Positions 1 to 12,471 of a DNA stretch of 64,000 bases are shown piece after piece. Where the stretch lies: positions 310,001 through 374,000 of the forward strand of contig JASTWF010000344.1 in the NCBI GenBank assembly GCA_030390025.1, given 5' to 3'. Numbering within the stretch: the stretch's first letter is position 1; every line of letters starts with the position of its first letter. The stretch comes from Squalus acanthias. Lineage: Eukaryota. Below the pieces are notes generated by a model. That model saw nothing but the letters and a program-made list of their open reading frames with translations, did not search any database and had not been told where the DNA came from. The position numbers were made by a program, and so were the translations under genes.

Positions 1-1084
1 TCCCAACTTGGGCAATTATTTCAAGGCGATGTGATTGTAAAGTGCCGCTCGATTAGCGTTTGTTATTAAGACTCTTTTCTTGAGATTTCTTAGGATAAAA
101 GTGACTTGACTAAATTCTGAAAGTACAGATGGTTCAAAAAGGTTAAATTAAGGAACACAACCAGACTTAAGGGGAGGAAACTGGAGGTTAATGAGTCACT
201 TTCTGCTGTTACCTGAGCATCTGTGTGAGGTTTGAACCGTTTTTGGTCCATTTTTATAAACATCCTTTCACAAAGATCACAAGTTCTGGTGACAGGAAGT
301 TTGGTACAAATGCTGCTTTTTTTTTTTTTACATGAGATGGAGATAAGGTGAAATGGTTTAAATCCTTCAATTCTAGGCTATCTGTAAATATCCTCATGGC
401 TACCCACAATCCGGATTAAAATCAACACCGATTGGTCTTAAACCTTCGATTCAATGTTGCCTCATGATTCCTGTATTGAATCCTTTTGAGTAGTTTTTAA
501 AATACCTCCTGTAAACAGTTCAGAGAAATATCAGCACAACAGAAACCTTTTCAATTCTCAGCACTCCCAACAAACGGCAGAATTCCACTGTGGATTTCTA
601 ACAGTGACTGAGGACTGTTTGCAGCAACGTTCATTCATCGATCAAGACCCCTGAATCCAGATCGATTTCTGCAGGAAATCACAGAACTACAATGGTTGTA
701 CAAACTGAGTCAGCATTACACATCTGGGCTGTTGTGAACTCAAGTGGCTGAGAGGATACAAGTAAAAAAATACCACAGGAAGGGTGAGAAATGAATCACA
801 CTCCCACCATCTCCAACAGGATACCCTGGTATAATCCACAGCACCCGGGTTAAAGGCACACCCTGCTCTGCTCTGCGTGGTACAGTACATACCATATTGG
901 CCCTTGTGGAAATGCAGTGCTCGGCCGAGCAGAACCTCTGGCAGTGCAGGGTAATATACAGAGCACAGTATCACCCTGGAGGTGCAATATCTTCCGGATA
1001 AACTATGGGGTGACCGTCCCTACAACAAACCCTCGCAGGTGATATCGCAGCTGATGTCTGACTGCACCAGTCAGTCACTGTAAA

Positions 1085-1238
1085 GAACACAGTCCCTGGG
1101 AGGCAGTGTTATATTGAACACAGTCCCTGGGATACAGTGTTATATTGAACACAGTCCCTGGGAGGCAGTGTTATATTGAACACAGTCCCTGGGATGGCAG
1201 TGTTATATTGAACACAGTCCTGGGGAGGCAGTGTTATA
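1085..1238. repeat. Short ~31-bp minisatellite (gaacacagtccctgggaggcagtgttatatt), ~5 copies
   Basis: Tandem copies read directly. Confidence 0.85.
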
Positions 1239-1424
1239 CAGCAAGCTGTAACCGGATGAGTGCGGAGTGAGGGAGGGGAAAGCCTGTGTCTGACACTTCA
1301 ATCTGCCGGCCTCTGCTATGACAGGTGCTGGTATCGATTGGATGAGGCGGGGAGAGTTAGAGCCAATTACAAGGAGCACATTAATAAGCAGTCCGCTAAT
1401 TCTGTAATCAGCAGCCATTGTATT

Positions 1425-1942
1425 GTAGAACCATAGACTGATGCAGCACAGGAGGCCATTCGGCCCATCGTGCCTGTGCCAGCTCCTTGGTACAGCTATC
1501 CAAATAATCCCACTCTCTTGCTCTTTTCCCATAGCCCTGTAATTTCCAATATCCAAATTCCCTTTTGAACTCGCTGTGTAAAAAAAATGTTTCCTCATGT
1601 CGCCTCTGGTTCTTTTGCCAATCACCTTAAATCTGTGTCCTCTGGTTATCGGCCCTTCAGCCACTGGAAACAGTTTCTCATTATTTACTCTATCTAAACC
1701 ATTCATGATTTTGAACACCTCTATCAAATCTCCTTTAACCTTCTCTGCTCTAAGGAGAACAACCTCAGCTTCTCCACATAACTGAACTCCCTCATCCCCG
1801 GTACCATTCTGGTAAATCTCCTCTGCACGCTCTCTAAAACCTTCACATCCTTCCTAAGGTGTGGTGCCCAGAATTGGACACAATACTACAACTGCGGCCG
1901 AACCAGTGTTTTATAAAGGTTTAGCACAACTTCCTTGCTTTT
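1425..1942 (-). mobile_element. CR1 LINE 3' fragment
   Basis: Minus translation ...IEVFKIMNGLDRV...TRGHRFKV; CR1 3' UTR hairpin (gatgggccgaatggcctcct). Confidence 0.85.
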
Positions 1943-4617
1943 GTGGAGGACGAATTCATGGAATGTATACAAGATAATTTTCTAGATCAGTATGTTGAGG
2001 AACCAACTAGGGAACAGGCTATTTTAAATCGCGTATTGTCCAATGAGAAAGGGTTAATTAATAACCTTGTAGTAAAGGGGCCCCTAGGGAAGAGTGACCA
2101 TAATATGATAGAATTTTATATCGAGTTTGAAAGTGATTTAGTTAAATCTGAAACTAGGGTCTTAAATCTAAACAAAGTAAACTACGTAGGTACGAGGGGC
2201 GAGTTGGCTAAGGTAGATTGGGAAACTACATTAAAAGGTATGACGGTAGACAAGCAATGGCTTGTGGGCATTTAAAGAATTAATACATAATTTACAACAA
2301 ATATATATTCCTTTAAGGCACAAAAACCCCACAGGAAAAGTGGTCCAACCGTGGCTAAGAGAAGTTAAAGATAGTATTAGATCAAAGGAAGAGGCTAATA
2401 ATGTTGCCAAAAAGAGCAGTTAGCCTGAGGATTGGGAGGATTTTAGAATTCAGCAAGGGAGGATTTTAGAATTCAGCAAAGGAGGACCAAGAAATTGATA
2501 AAGAAAGGGAAAATAGAATGAGAGTAAACTAGCGAGAGACATAAAAACAGACTGCAAGAGCTTCTATAGTAAATGTGGGTCCCTTACAGGCTGAGACAGG
2601 AGAAATTATAATGGGGAATAAGGAAATGGCAGAGAAATTAAACAAATACTTTGTGTCATAGAAACATAGAATCTAGGAGCAGGAGTAGGCCATTCGGCCC
2701 GTCGAGCCTGCTCCACCATTCAATACGATCATGGCTGATCATCCAAATCCAGTACCCTGTCCCTTCTTTAATCCCCACAGTACACATATCCCACCCTACC
2801 CCCGTAACCCCACGTATTTAATTCCCCCTAACATATCCCATCCTATCCCCATAACCCCACATATTTAATACCCCCCTAACACTAAGGGTCAATTTATCAT
2901 AGCCAAGTCTGTCTTCATGGAATAAGACGCAAACAACTTCCCGGAAATAGTGGAGAACCGAGGGTCTAGCGAGAGTGAGGAACTGAAAGAAATTAGTATT
3001 AGTGAAAAAATAGTACTGGAGAAATTAATGGGACTGAAAGCCAATAAATCCTCTGGACCTGATGGCCGACATCCTAGGGTTTTGAAAGAGGCGGCTGTAG
3101 AGATAGTGGATGCATTGGTTGTCATCTTCCAAAATTCCATTGATTCTAGAACGGTTCCCACGGATTGGAAGGTAGTAAATGTAACCCCACTATTTAAGAA
3201 AGGAGGGAGAGAGAAAATGGGGAATTACAGACCAGTTACCCTGACATCAGTAGTAGGGAAAATGCTGGAATCTATTATTAAGGACGTAGTAACAGGGCAC
3301 TTAGAAAATAATAAAAGGATTGGGCAGAGTCAATACGGATTTATGAAAGGGAAATCATGTTTGACGAATCTGTTGAGTTTTTTGAGGTTGTAACTAGCAG
3401 AATAGATAAGGGGGAACCAGTGGATGTGGTGTATTTGACTTTTCAGAAGGCATTCGATAAGGTGCCACACAAGAGGTTATTAAACAAAATTAGGGCTCAT
3501 GGGATTGGGGGTAATATACTAGCATGGATTGAGGATTGGTTAACGGACAGAAAACAGAGGGTAGGAATAAACGGGTCATTTTCGGGTTGGCAGGCTGTAA
3601 CTAGTGGGCTACCGCAAGGATCAGTGCTTGGGCCTCAGCTATTCACCATCTATATCAATGATTTGGATGAGGGGACCAAATGTAATATATCCAAGTTTGC
3701 TGATGATACAAAGCTAGGTGGGATTGTAAGTTGTGAGGAGGATGTGAGGAGGATGCAAGGAGGCTTCAAGGGGAGAAAGACAAGCTAAGTGAACATGGCA
3801 AATGGAATATAATGTGGAGAAATGTGAAGTTATCCACTTTCGTAGGAAAAATAGAAAAGCAGAGTATTTTTTAAATGGTGAGAGATTGGGAAATGTTGGT
3901 GTTCAGAGCGACCTGGGTGTCCTTGTACACAAATCACTGAAAGTTAACATGCAGGTACAGCAAGCAATTAGGAAAGCAAATGGTATGTTGGCCTTTATTA
4001 CAAGAGGATTTGAGTATAAGAGTAAAGACGTCTTACTGCAATTATATAGGGCCCTGGTGAGACCACACCTGGAGTATTGTGTACAGTTTTGGTCTCCTTA
4101 CCTAAGGAAGGATATACTTGCCGTAGAGGGAGTGAAAGGAAGGTTCACCAGACTGATTCCTGGGATGGGGGGATTGTCCTATGAGGAGAGATTGAGTAGA
4201 CTAGGCCTATATTCTCTCGAGTTCAGAACAATGAGAGGCGATCTCATTGAAACATACAAAATTCTTACAGGGCTTGACAGGGTAGATGTTGAGAGGCTGT
4301 TTCCCCTGGCTGGGGAGTCTAGAACCAGGGGTCACAGTCTCAGAATAAGGGGTCGGCCATTTAGGACTGAGATGAGGAGAAATTTCTTCACTCAGAGGGT
4401 GGGGAATCTTTGGAATTCTCTACCCCAGAGGGCTGTAGAGGCTCTGTCGTTGAGTATATTCAAGATAGAGATCGATAGATTTTTGGATATTAAGGGAATC
4501 AAGGGATATGGGGATAGTTCAGGAAAGTGGAGTTGAGGTCGATGATCAGCCATGATCTTATTGACAGGCTCGAGGGGCCGAATGGCCGACTCCTGCTCCT
4601 ATTTCTTATGTTCTTAC
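1943..4617 (+). mobile_element. 5'-truncated CR1 LINE, frameshifted ORF2 (end of APE domain, RT, 3' UTR)
   Basis: GKSDHN, SSGPDG, NYRPV, FQKAFDKV, GLPQGSVLGP and KFADD motifs in successive ORFs; ttcttatgttctta tail. Confidence 0.93.
2657..2906 (-). mobile_element. 5'-truncated copy of the HE1-like V-SINE inserted in CR1 ORF2
   Basis: Nearly identical to 7012-7262; interrupts CR1 'tactttgtgtc|tgtcttca' with gtc duplicated. Confidence 0.85.
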
Positions 4618-5067
4618 TTTGTTCTTAATGAATACTTTGCGTCTGTTTTCACAAAAGAGAGGGACGATGCAGACAGTGCAATCAGGAAGGAGGAGTGTGA
4701 AATATTAGATGAAATAAACATAGTGAAAGAGGAAGTATTAAGAGCTTTAGCATCTTTGAAAGTGGATAAATCCCCAGGCCCGGATGAAATGTATCTCAGA
4801 CTGTTAAGAGAAGTAAGAGGGGAAATAGCAGAGGCTCTGACTATCATTTTCCAATCCTCCCTGGCTACAGGTTTGGTGCCGGAGGACTGCTAACGTGGTA
4901 TCGTTGTTTAAAAATGGATAGACCGAGTAATTACAGGCCAGTCAGCCTAAACTCGGTGGTGGGAAAATTATTGGAAAAAATTCTGAGGGACAGGATAAAT
5001 CTTCATTTAGAAAGATACGGATTAATCAGGGACAGCATGGATTTGTTAAGGGAAGGTCATGTCTTAC

Positions 5068-5202
5068 GAAAGTTCTGACGAAAGATCATCGACCTGAAAC
5101 GTTAACTCTCTTTCTCTCTCCACGGATGCTGCCTGGCCTGCTGAGTTTTTCCAGCGTTTTCTGTTGTTATTTCAGATTTCCAGCATCCGCAGTATTTTGC
5201 TA
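5068..5202 (+). mobile_element. Solo Penelope-type terminal repeat (family B) with hammerhead motif and 11-bp target-site duplication
   Basis: tcatgtcttac at 5057-5067 and 5203-5213; sequence matches the PLE 3' UTR at 60667-60769. Confidence 0.85.
5071..5107 (+). ncRNA. Minimal type I hammerhead ribozyme motif (family B, GUU triplet)
   Basis: agtt-CTGACGA-a-agatc atc gacct-GAAAC-GTT-aact; one mismatch in stem II. Confidence 0.6.
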
Positions 5203-5283
5203 TCATGTCTTACTAACCTGATTGAATTTTCTGAGGAGGTAACAAGGAGGGTCAATGAAGATAGTGCATTTGATGTAGTCTAT

Positions 5284-6302
5284 ATTTTTTTTTTAATTCG
5301 CTCATGGGTGGAGGGCTGTTGTAGGCTGCAAAGAGACATTGATAGGATGCAGAGCTGGGCCGAAAAATGGCAGATGGAATTTAACCCTGATAAGTGCGAG
5401 GTGATTCATTTTGGTAGGGCAAATTTGAATAAGGATTACAGGGTCAACGGCAGGGTTCTGAGGAACGTGGAGGAACAGAGGGATCTGGGGGTTCATATCC
5501 ACAGATCTCTGAAGGTTGCCACTCAAGTGGATAGAGCAGTAAAGAAGGCCTATAGTGTGTTCGCGTTTATTAACAAGGGGTTTGAGTTTAAGAACCGTGA
5601 GGTTATGCTGCAACTGTACAGGACCTTGGTGAGACCACATTTGGAATATTGTGTGCAGTTCTGGTCACCTCACTATAGGAAGGACGTGGAAGCATTGGAA
5701 AGAGTGCAAAGGAGATTTACCAGGATGCTGCCGGCTTTGGGGGGGGGGGAGGTCTTATGAGGAAAGATTGAGGGAGCTAGGGCTTTTCTCTTTAGAGCGG
5801 AGGAGGATGAGAGGCGACTTAATAGAGGTTTATAAGATGATGAGGGGGATAGATAGAGTGGATGTTCAGAGACTATTTCCTCGGGTGGATGTTGCTGTTA
5901 CAAGGGGGCATAACTATAAGGTGCATGGGGGGAGATATAGAAGGGATGTCCGAGGTAGATTCTTTACTCAGAGAGTGGTTGGGGTGTGGAATGGACTGCC
6001 TGCTGTGATAGTGGAGTCGGACACTTTAGGAACTTTCAAGCGGTTATTGGATAAGCACATGGAGCACACCAGAATGATAGGGAGTGGGATAGCTTGATCT
6101 TGGTTTCGGACAATGCTCGGCACAACATCGAGGGCCGAAGGGCCTGTACTGTGCTGTACTGTTCTATGTTCTATGGGATGTGGGCATCGCTGGCAAGGCC
6201 AGCATTTATTGCCCATCCTAATTGCCCTCGAGAAGGTGGTGGTGAGCCGCCTTCTTGAACCGCTGCAGTCCGTGTGGTGAAGGTACTCCCACAGTGCTGT
6301 TA
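5284..6302 (-). mobile_element. L2 LINE 3' fragment (5284-5307 + 6173-6302), split by a CR1 insertion
   Basis: The two parts together match the L2 3' end at 16295-16446 in reverse complement. Confidence 0.75.
5308..6172 (+). mobile_element. CR1 LINE 3' fragment nested inside the L2 fragment
   Basis: WQMEFNPDKC, LVRPHLEYCVQFW; ttctatg tail; atggg on both flanks. Confidence 0.88.
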
Positions 6303-7003
6303 GATTTTAGCAAGACATTTGATGAGGTCCCGCATGGCAGACTGGTCACGAAAGTAAAAGTCCATGGGATCCAGGGCGAAGTGGCAAGTTGGATCCAAAA
6401 TTGGCTCAGAGGCAGGAAACAAAGGAAAATGGTCAAAGGGTGTTTTTGTGGCTGGAAAGATGGGGTTCCGCAGGGCTCAGTACTGGGTCCTTTGCTTTTT
6501 GTGGTATATATCAATGATTTGGACTTGAATGTAGGAAGTATGATTAAGAAGTTTGCAGATGATACAAAAATTGGCCGTGTGGTTGATACTGAAGAAGGAA
6601 GCTGTAGACTGCAGGAAGATATCAATGGACTGGTCAGGTGGGCAGAACAGTGGCAAATGGAATTCAAGCTGGAGAAGTGTGAGGTAATGCATTTGGGGAG
6701 GGCTAACAAGGAAAGGGAAATACACTATAAATTGTAGGACACTGAGAAGTGCAGAAGATCAGAGGGACCTTGGAGTGCATGTCCACAGATTTCTGAAAGT
6801 AGCAGGACAGGTAGATAAGGTGGTTAAGAAGGCATACGGGATACTTGCCTTTATTAGCTGAGGCAGAGAATATAAGAGCAGGGAGGCTATGCTTGAACTG
6901 TATAAAACACTAGTTAGGCCACAGCTAGAGTACTGCGTACAGTTCTGGTCACCACATTACAGGAAGGATGTGATTGCACTAGAGAGGGTGCAGAGGAGAT
7001 TTA

Positions 7004-7440
7004 ACATAGAAACATAGAAACATAGAATCTAGGAGCAGGAGTAGGCCATTCGGCCCGTCGAGCCTGCGCCACCATTCAATACGATCATGGCTGATCATCC
7101 AAATCCAGTACCCTGTCCCTGCTTTAATCCCCACAGTACACATATCCCACCCTACCCCCGTAACCCCACGTATTTAATTCCCCCTAACATATCCCATCCT
7201 ATCCCCATAACCCCACATATTTAATCCCCCCCTAATTCTAAGGGTCAATTTATCATAGCCAAATCAACCTAACCCGCACATTTTTGGATTGTGGGAGGAA
7301 ACCGGAGCACCCGGAGAAAACCCACGCAGACACGGGGAGAATGTGCAAACTCCCCACAGACAGTCACCCGAGGTCAGATTCGAACCCGGGTCTCTGGCGC
7401 TGTGAGGCACCAGTGCTAACCACTATGCCACCGTGTTGCC
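7004..7440 (-). mobile_element. Full-length tRNA-derived V-SINE (HE1-like) with CR1-derived tail
   Basis: Minus strand A box TGGCATAGTGG (7420-7430), B box GGTTCGAATCT (7376-7386), V-domain GAGTTTGCACATTCTCCCCGTGTCTGCGTGGGTTTTCTCCGGGTGCTCCGGTTTCCTCCCAC; CR1-like 3' end with (ttctatgt)n. Confidence 0.9.
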
Positions 7441-8375
7441 TGGGCTGGGGAATTTTGGCTATGCGGAAAGATTGGATAGGCTAGGGTTGTTTTTCTTGGA
7501 ACAGAGGAGGCTGAGGGGAGACAAAATTGAGGTGAATAAAATTATGAGGGGCCAAGATAGAGTGGATGGAAAGGACCTATTTTCCTTAGCAGAAGGGTCA
7601 ATAACCAGGGGGTACAGATTTAAAGTAATTGGTAGGAGGTTGAGGAGAACATTTTTCACCCAGAGGGTGGTGGGGGTCTGGAACTCACTGCTGAAAGGGT
7701 GGTAGAGGCAGAAACCCTCATCACATTTAAAAAGTACTTGGATATGCACTTGAAGTGCCGTAACCTACAAGGCTACGGACCAAGTGCTGGAAAGTGGGAT
7801 TAGGCTGGATAGGTCTTTGTCGGCCGGTACGGACAGGATGGGCCGAATGGCCTCCTTCTGCGCTGTAACTTTCTATGATTCTATGATTCAAATGCTATCA
7901 GGGAACATCTGGCTTCAAAGAACTGAATTAAACAGCAACTTTATCCTCAACACATTAATTGATTCAGACTCCTCATAGTGAGGGAAGTCCAGTGGGAAAT
8001 CATGGAGCAGATGAACAGACACAGTTTAGCATGAGAATGTACATGATGTAAAACGTGCGCGAGGTAATGTGAAACACATTGTTTAAGCTTTACCCGCGTG
8101 TCTGTATATTATTTGAGGGGTGAGGGGTTGGAAGGTTGGGAGTACAGTAGTCTGTGGCCCTGGTTTTAAGGAGGACCTGTGTGGGGTCTGACACAGCCAC
8201 GTTTAGGATGTTTCAGGATCTGATCTAACCATCTTTCATATTTTCCCTAACCCACGCCTCTCCACTCCTAACTTTCCATTTAGTAGCAATGCAGCACATG
8301 TGAGGCGCAGCACATGGCAACACTGCAGTAATACAGCACAGTGTGAGGCACAGCATTGCCCTGGTCAAGCAGCAC

Positions 8376-8406
<31 letters not shown>

Positions 8407-8450
8407 GAGATCTGCAGCAAACAACACTGAGATCCTGGGCAATCCTGGTC

Positions 8451-8580
8451 ACTTCACCTGACGAAGGAGCAGCGCTCCGAAAGCTTGTGATTTCAAATAA
8501 AACTGTTGGACTATAACCTGGTGTTGTGCGACTTCTCACATTTGTCCACCCCAGTCCAACACCGGCATCTCCACATCATC
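8451..8580 (+). mobile_element. Solo Penelope-type terminal repeat (family A) including 3' tail
   Basis: Matches the reverse complement of 42622-42752 and the 3' ends at 39488-39578, 44374-44464 and 52042-52131. Confidence 0.85.
8454..8490 (+). ncRNA. Minimal type I hammerhead ribozyme motif (family A)
   Basis: tcac-CTGACGA-a-ggagc agc gctcc-GAAAG-CTT-gtga; perfect stem II, palindromic stem III AAGCTT. Confidence 0.75.
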
Positions 8581-9167
8581 ACATCACACCAGAGATTCAA
8601 ACAATAGGTTTAGAATTGTCAGCTAAGCTGTAACATGCTCCCTTTCCCTTTTCTACGGGGCGTGGGTCAGGGAATTGACACAAAAGGAATTGGCAGTGAA
8701 CTGACACTTGATTGATATCAAATGAGGCCAATAGCAAGAGCCTAAAAGATAAAAAACAAACTGGCGTGATTTATAAACTTCACTCAGCCTCTCGGGCATG
8801 GCCCCAACACTGGGCAACATGCAGACATGCAGCAGCACATGCTACATCTCCTGTAACACTGGCTGGAGTGTTGTGGGGGATTTTAGGGCAGGTATCAGAA
8901 GAGGCCTGGGCAGCCCGATACCCAGGTGGGGAGACTGCCCCAGCTGGAATAAAGTGTCACACTGTTGGGCTCAGTTCTCAGTGCTTGTTTGCTGATATTG
9001 CGGCAGGGCAGAAACATTCAACGTCCCAAGGTTTATGTACAATTTACACAAGAAGTCACTGGGCCCCAACACTCGGGAGTCGAGCTGCTGCTCATGTGGT
9101 TCTGACCAGATTATTCACCAGACACACAAATAGTAGCTGAATCTTAAAAAAAAAACTGCCTTATTGC

Positions 9168-9990
9168 TAATATAGGAACAGAAGGAGGCCATTCCGCCCC
9201 TTGAGCCTGTTCTGCCATTCAATTAGATTGTGGCTGATCTGTACCTCAACTCCATTTACCCACTTTTCCTCCACGTCCCTCGATACCCAACAAAAATCTA
9301 TTGACCTCAGTCTCGAAAGCTCCAAATAACACACAGCCTTTTCGGGGAGAGAGTACCCTGGATGTGAAAAAGTGCTTCCTGACATCACCCCTGAACACCT
9401 CAGCTCTAATTTTAAGGTTATGCCCTCTTGTTTTGGACTCCTCCATCAGAGAAAATAGTTTCTCTCTATCCATCTTATTAAATCCTTTAAACATTTTAAA
9501 CACCTCGATTTGATCACCCCTTAATCTTCTAAACTCGAGGAATACAAGCCCAGTCTGTGCAACCTGCCCTCATAATTTAACCCTTTTAGCCCCGGTATCA
9601 TTCTGGTGAATCTGCGCTGCTCCCCCTCCAAGGCCAATATATCCTTCCTGAGGTGCAGGGCCCAGAACTGAACCCAGTGCTCCGGATGGGGTCTGACCAG
9701 AGCTCTGTACAGCTGTAACATCACTTCCTCCCCTTTGTATCCAGCCCCCTCGAGATAAAGACCAACATTCCATTAGCCTTTTTCATTATTTTTTGTACCT
9801 GTCCACTAGCTTTTAGTGATTTCTGTACTTGGACCCCTAAATCAGTCCATTAGACTTTTTGATTACTCAATGTCCCTTTGTAACTTTCTGCTTCCATCTA
9901 CACTATTTACTGTACCACCTAACTTGGTGGCATCGGACTCTGTCTCTTCAAACAGGTGATTAATAAATATGGTGAAAAGTTGAGGCCCCA
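9168..9990 (-). mobile_element. Degraded CR1 3' fragment
   Basis: Minus ORFs LQLYRALVRP.., ..TRGHNLKI; CR1 3' UTR. Confidence 0.85.
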
Positions 9991-10871
9991 GAAAACATCT
10001 TGAGGGAGATTTATATAATAAAAACTATTGAAGGACAATGACTATCATTTAGGCGAATGAATGGTTTCTAGAGTGTTGCAGCCACAGAGTGGGGTGTGAC
10101 GAGGATTAACACACGGGTTAGACAGTGTGTGATGAGGATTAACTCACGGGTTAGAGAGGGTCTGATGTTTCTGCACTTGCTTCATGAGGTCTCGCACAAT
10201 GTGTCTTTAGTACTGACAGAAACTTGCTGCAGCATTAAACTGCTCAATAACTGCTGATAAAACAGTCTCTGGGCTTTATATAAAGTCTGTATTTTAGTGC
10301 TGGCAGATAGTGAGGATTTAGTGTTCTAAGAGACATTAGCGGGGGGGGGGGGGGGGGGGATCAGATATGCCAGAAGTGACATGTGACTAGACAGACCAGC
10401 ACCAGCTTAGTGTCTGGAACTAATATTTGTGATTCTGTTGTGAAAGATAACTCATTTGTGCAGATAAAGTTTGACAAAGAATTCTAACTTGTAGTGGGAG
10501 TGTTGGAAGCAGAGCCCCAGCAGTGTGTAGTGTTAGTGCACAGCCCTCCCTGCCCACACACGCAGGACTGAAAACCGCAGCAAACATTCTGAAAAGCTAC
10601 ACAGGCGAACAAGTCGCCCTTGACATGGGCAGCACTGTTACCGCACATCCCTCCAACAGCGGCCTTTCAGCCTCTCCCTCCTGAGGAACAGCAAATTATT
10701 CCTGCCTTCTCTCTCATTTCGATGGCCCGCGACGAGTTGGAAAATGTAGCGAGTGCTGCTGGTGACAGCAACGACCGGCTGCGGGGCCGGAGAAAGATCG
10801 AGGCGAAGTGAGAGGCATCTAAGCAGCTCGAGCACAAATACTTCACAAGCACTGGAGAGGACGGTGGGTGT

Positions 10872-11082
10872 CTGTTGGGGAGGGAGTGATTACAGACTCA
10901 CCTGTTGGGGAGGGAGTGATTACAGACTCACCTGTTGGGGAGGGAGTGATTACAGACTCACCTGTTGGGGAGGGAGTGATTACAGACTCACCTGTTGGGG
11001 AGGGAGTGATTACAGACTCACCTGTTGGGGAGGGAGTGATTACAGACTCACCTGTTGGGGAGGGAGTGATTACAGAGTCACC
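10872..11082. repeat. 30-bp minisatellite (cctgttggggagggagtgattacagactca) x7
   Basis: Near-perfect tandem copies. Confidence 0.95.
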
Positions 11083-11102
11083 AAAAGTTAGACTTTGTTG
11101 CA

Positions 11103-12471
11103 GGGAGGGAGGGTGAGACTGTTCCGTTTCTCAGAGGGAGGGTGAGAACGATCGGTTTCTCACTGAGGGAGGGTGAGAACGATCGGTTTCTCACTGAGGG
11201 AGGGTGAGAACGATCGGTTTCTCACTGAGGGAGGGTGAGAACGATCGGTTTCTCACTGAGGGAGGGTGAGAACGATCGGTTTCTCACTGAGGGAGGGTGA
11301 GAACGATCGGTTTCTCACTGAGGGAGGGTGAGAACGATCGGTTTCTCAGAGGGAGGGCGAGAACGATCGGTTTCTCACTGAGGGAGGGTGAGAACGATCG
11401 GTTTCTCAGAGGGAGGGCGAGAACGATCGGTTTCTCACTGAGGGAGGGTGAGAACGATCGGTTTCTCACTGAGGGAGGGTGAGAACGATCGGTTTCTCAG
11501 AGGGAGGGCGAGAACGATCGGTTTCTCACTGAGGGAGGGTGAGAACGATCGGTTTCTCACTGAGGGAGGGTGAGAACGATCGGTTTCTCACTGAGGGAGG
11601 GTGAGAACGATCGGTTTCTCACTGAGGGAGGGTGAGAACGATCGGTTTCTCACTGAGGGAGGGTGAGAACGATCGGTTTCTCACTGAGGGAGGGTGAGAA
11701 CGATCGGTTTCTCAGAGGGAGGGCGAGAACGATCGGTTTCTCACTGAGGGAGGGTGAGAACGATCGGTTTCTCAGAGGGAGGGCGAGAACGATCGGTTTC
11801 TCACTGAGGGAGGGTGAGAACGATCGGTTTCTCACTGAGGGAGGGTGAGAACGATCGGTTTCTCAGAGGGAGGGCGAGAACGATCGGTTTCTCACTGAGG
11901 GAGGGTGAGAACGATCGGTTTCTCACTGAGGGAGGGTGAGAACGATCGGTTTCTCACTGAGGGAGGGTGAGAACGATCGGTTTCTCAGAGGGAGGGCGAG
12001 AACGATCGGTTTCTCAGAGGGAGGGCGAGAACGATCGGTTTCTCAGAGGGAGGGCGAGAACGATCGGTTTCTCAGAGGGAGGGCGAGAACGATCGGTTTC
12101 TCAGAGGGAGGGCGAGAACGATCGGTTTCTCAGAGGGAGGGCGAGAACGATCGGTTTCTCAGAGGGAGGGCGAGAACGATCGGTTTCTCACTGAGGGAGG
12201 GTGAGAACGATCGGTTTCTCACTGAGGGAGGGTGAGAACGATCGGTTTCTCAGAGGGAGGGCGAGAACGATCGGTTTCTCATGAGGGAGGGTGAGAACGA
12301 TCGGTTTCTCACTGAGGGAGGGTGAGAACGATCGGTTTCTCACTGAGGGAGGGCGAGAACGATCGGTTTCTCAGAGGGAGGGCGAGAACGATCGGTTTCT
12401 GACTGAGGGAGGGTGAGAACGATCAGTTTCTCAGAGGGAGGGCGAGAACGATCGGTTTCTCACTGAGGGAG
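11103..12471. repeat. 29/31-bp palindrome-containing minisatellite (gagggagggYgagaacgatcggtttctca[ct]), ~45 copies
   Basis: Tandem copies with two interspersed length variants. Confidence 0.95.

Larger units (their letters stand above)
4620..7889 (+). mobile_element. Host CR1 LINE ORF2/3' end, interrupted by several nested insertions
   Basis: Collinear RT pieces (KSPGPD; FDVVY..DFSK; GVPQGSVLGP; KFADD; LEYCVQFW) and ttctatga tail at 7871-7889. Confidence 0.88.

Noticed and set aside
1..1080. Possible distal CRTC1 3' UTR or neighbouring gene end; ORF 687-974
   Set aside because: No recognisable coding similarity or convincing poly(A) signal; cannot be assigned without transcript data.
1085..1238. 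Relationship of this minisatellite to the large satellite (shared acagtccctg and tatt)
   Set aside because: A ~10-nt match is too short to support common origin.
7370..7440. tRNA gene
   Set aside because: The A/B boxes belong to the SINE head and run straight into a V-domain; no complete cloverleaf.
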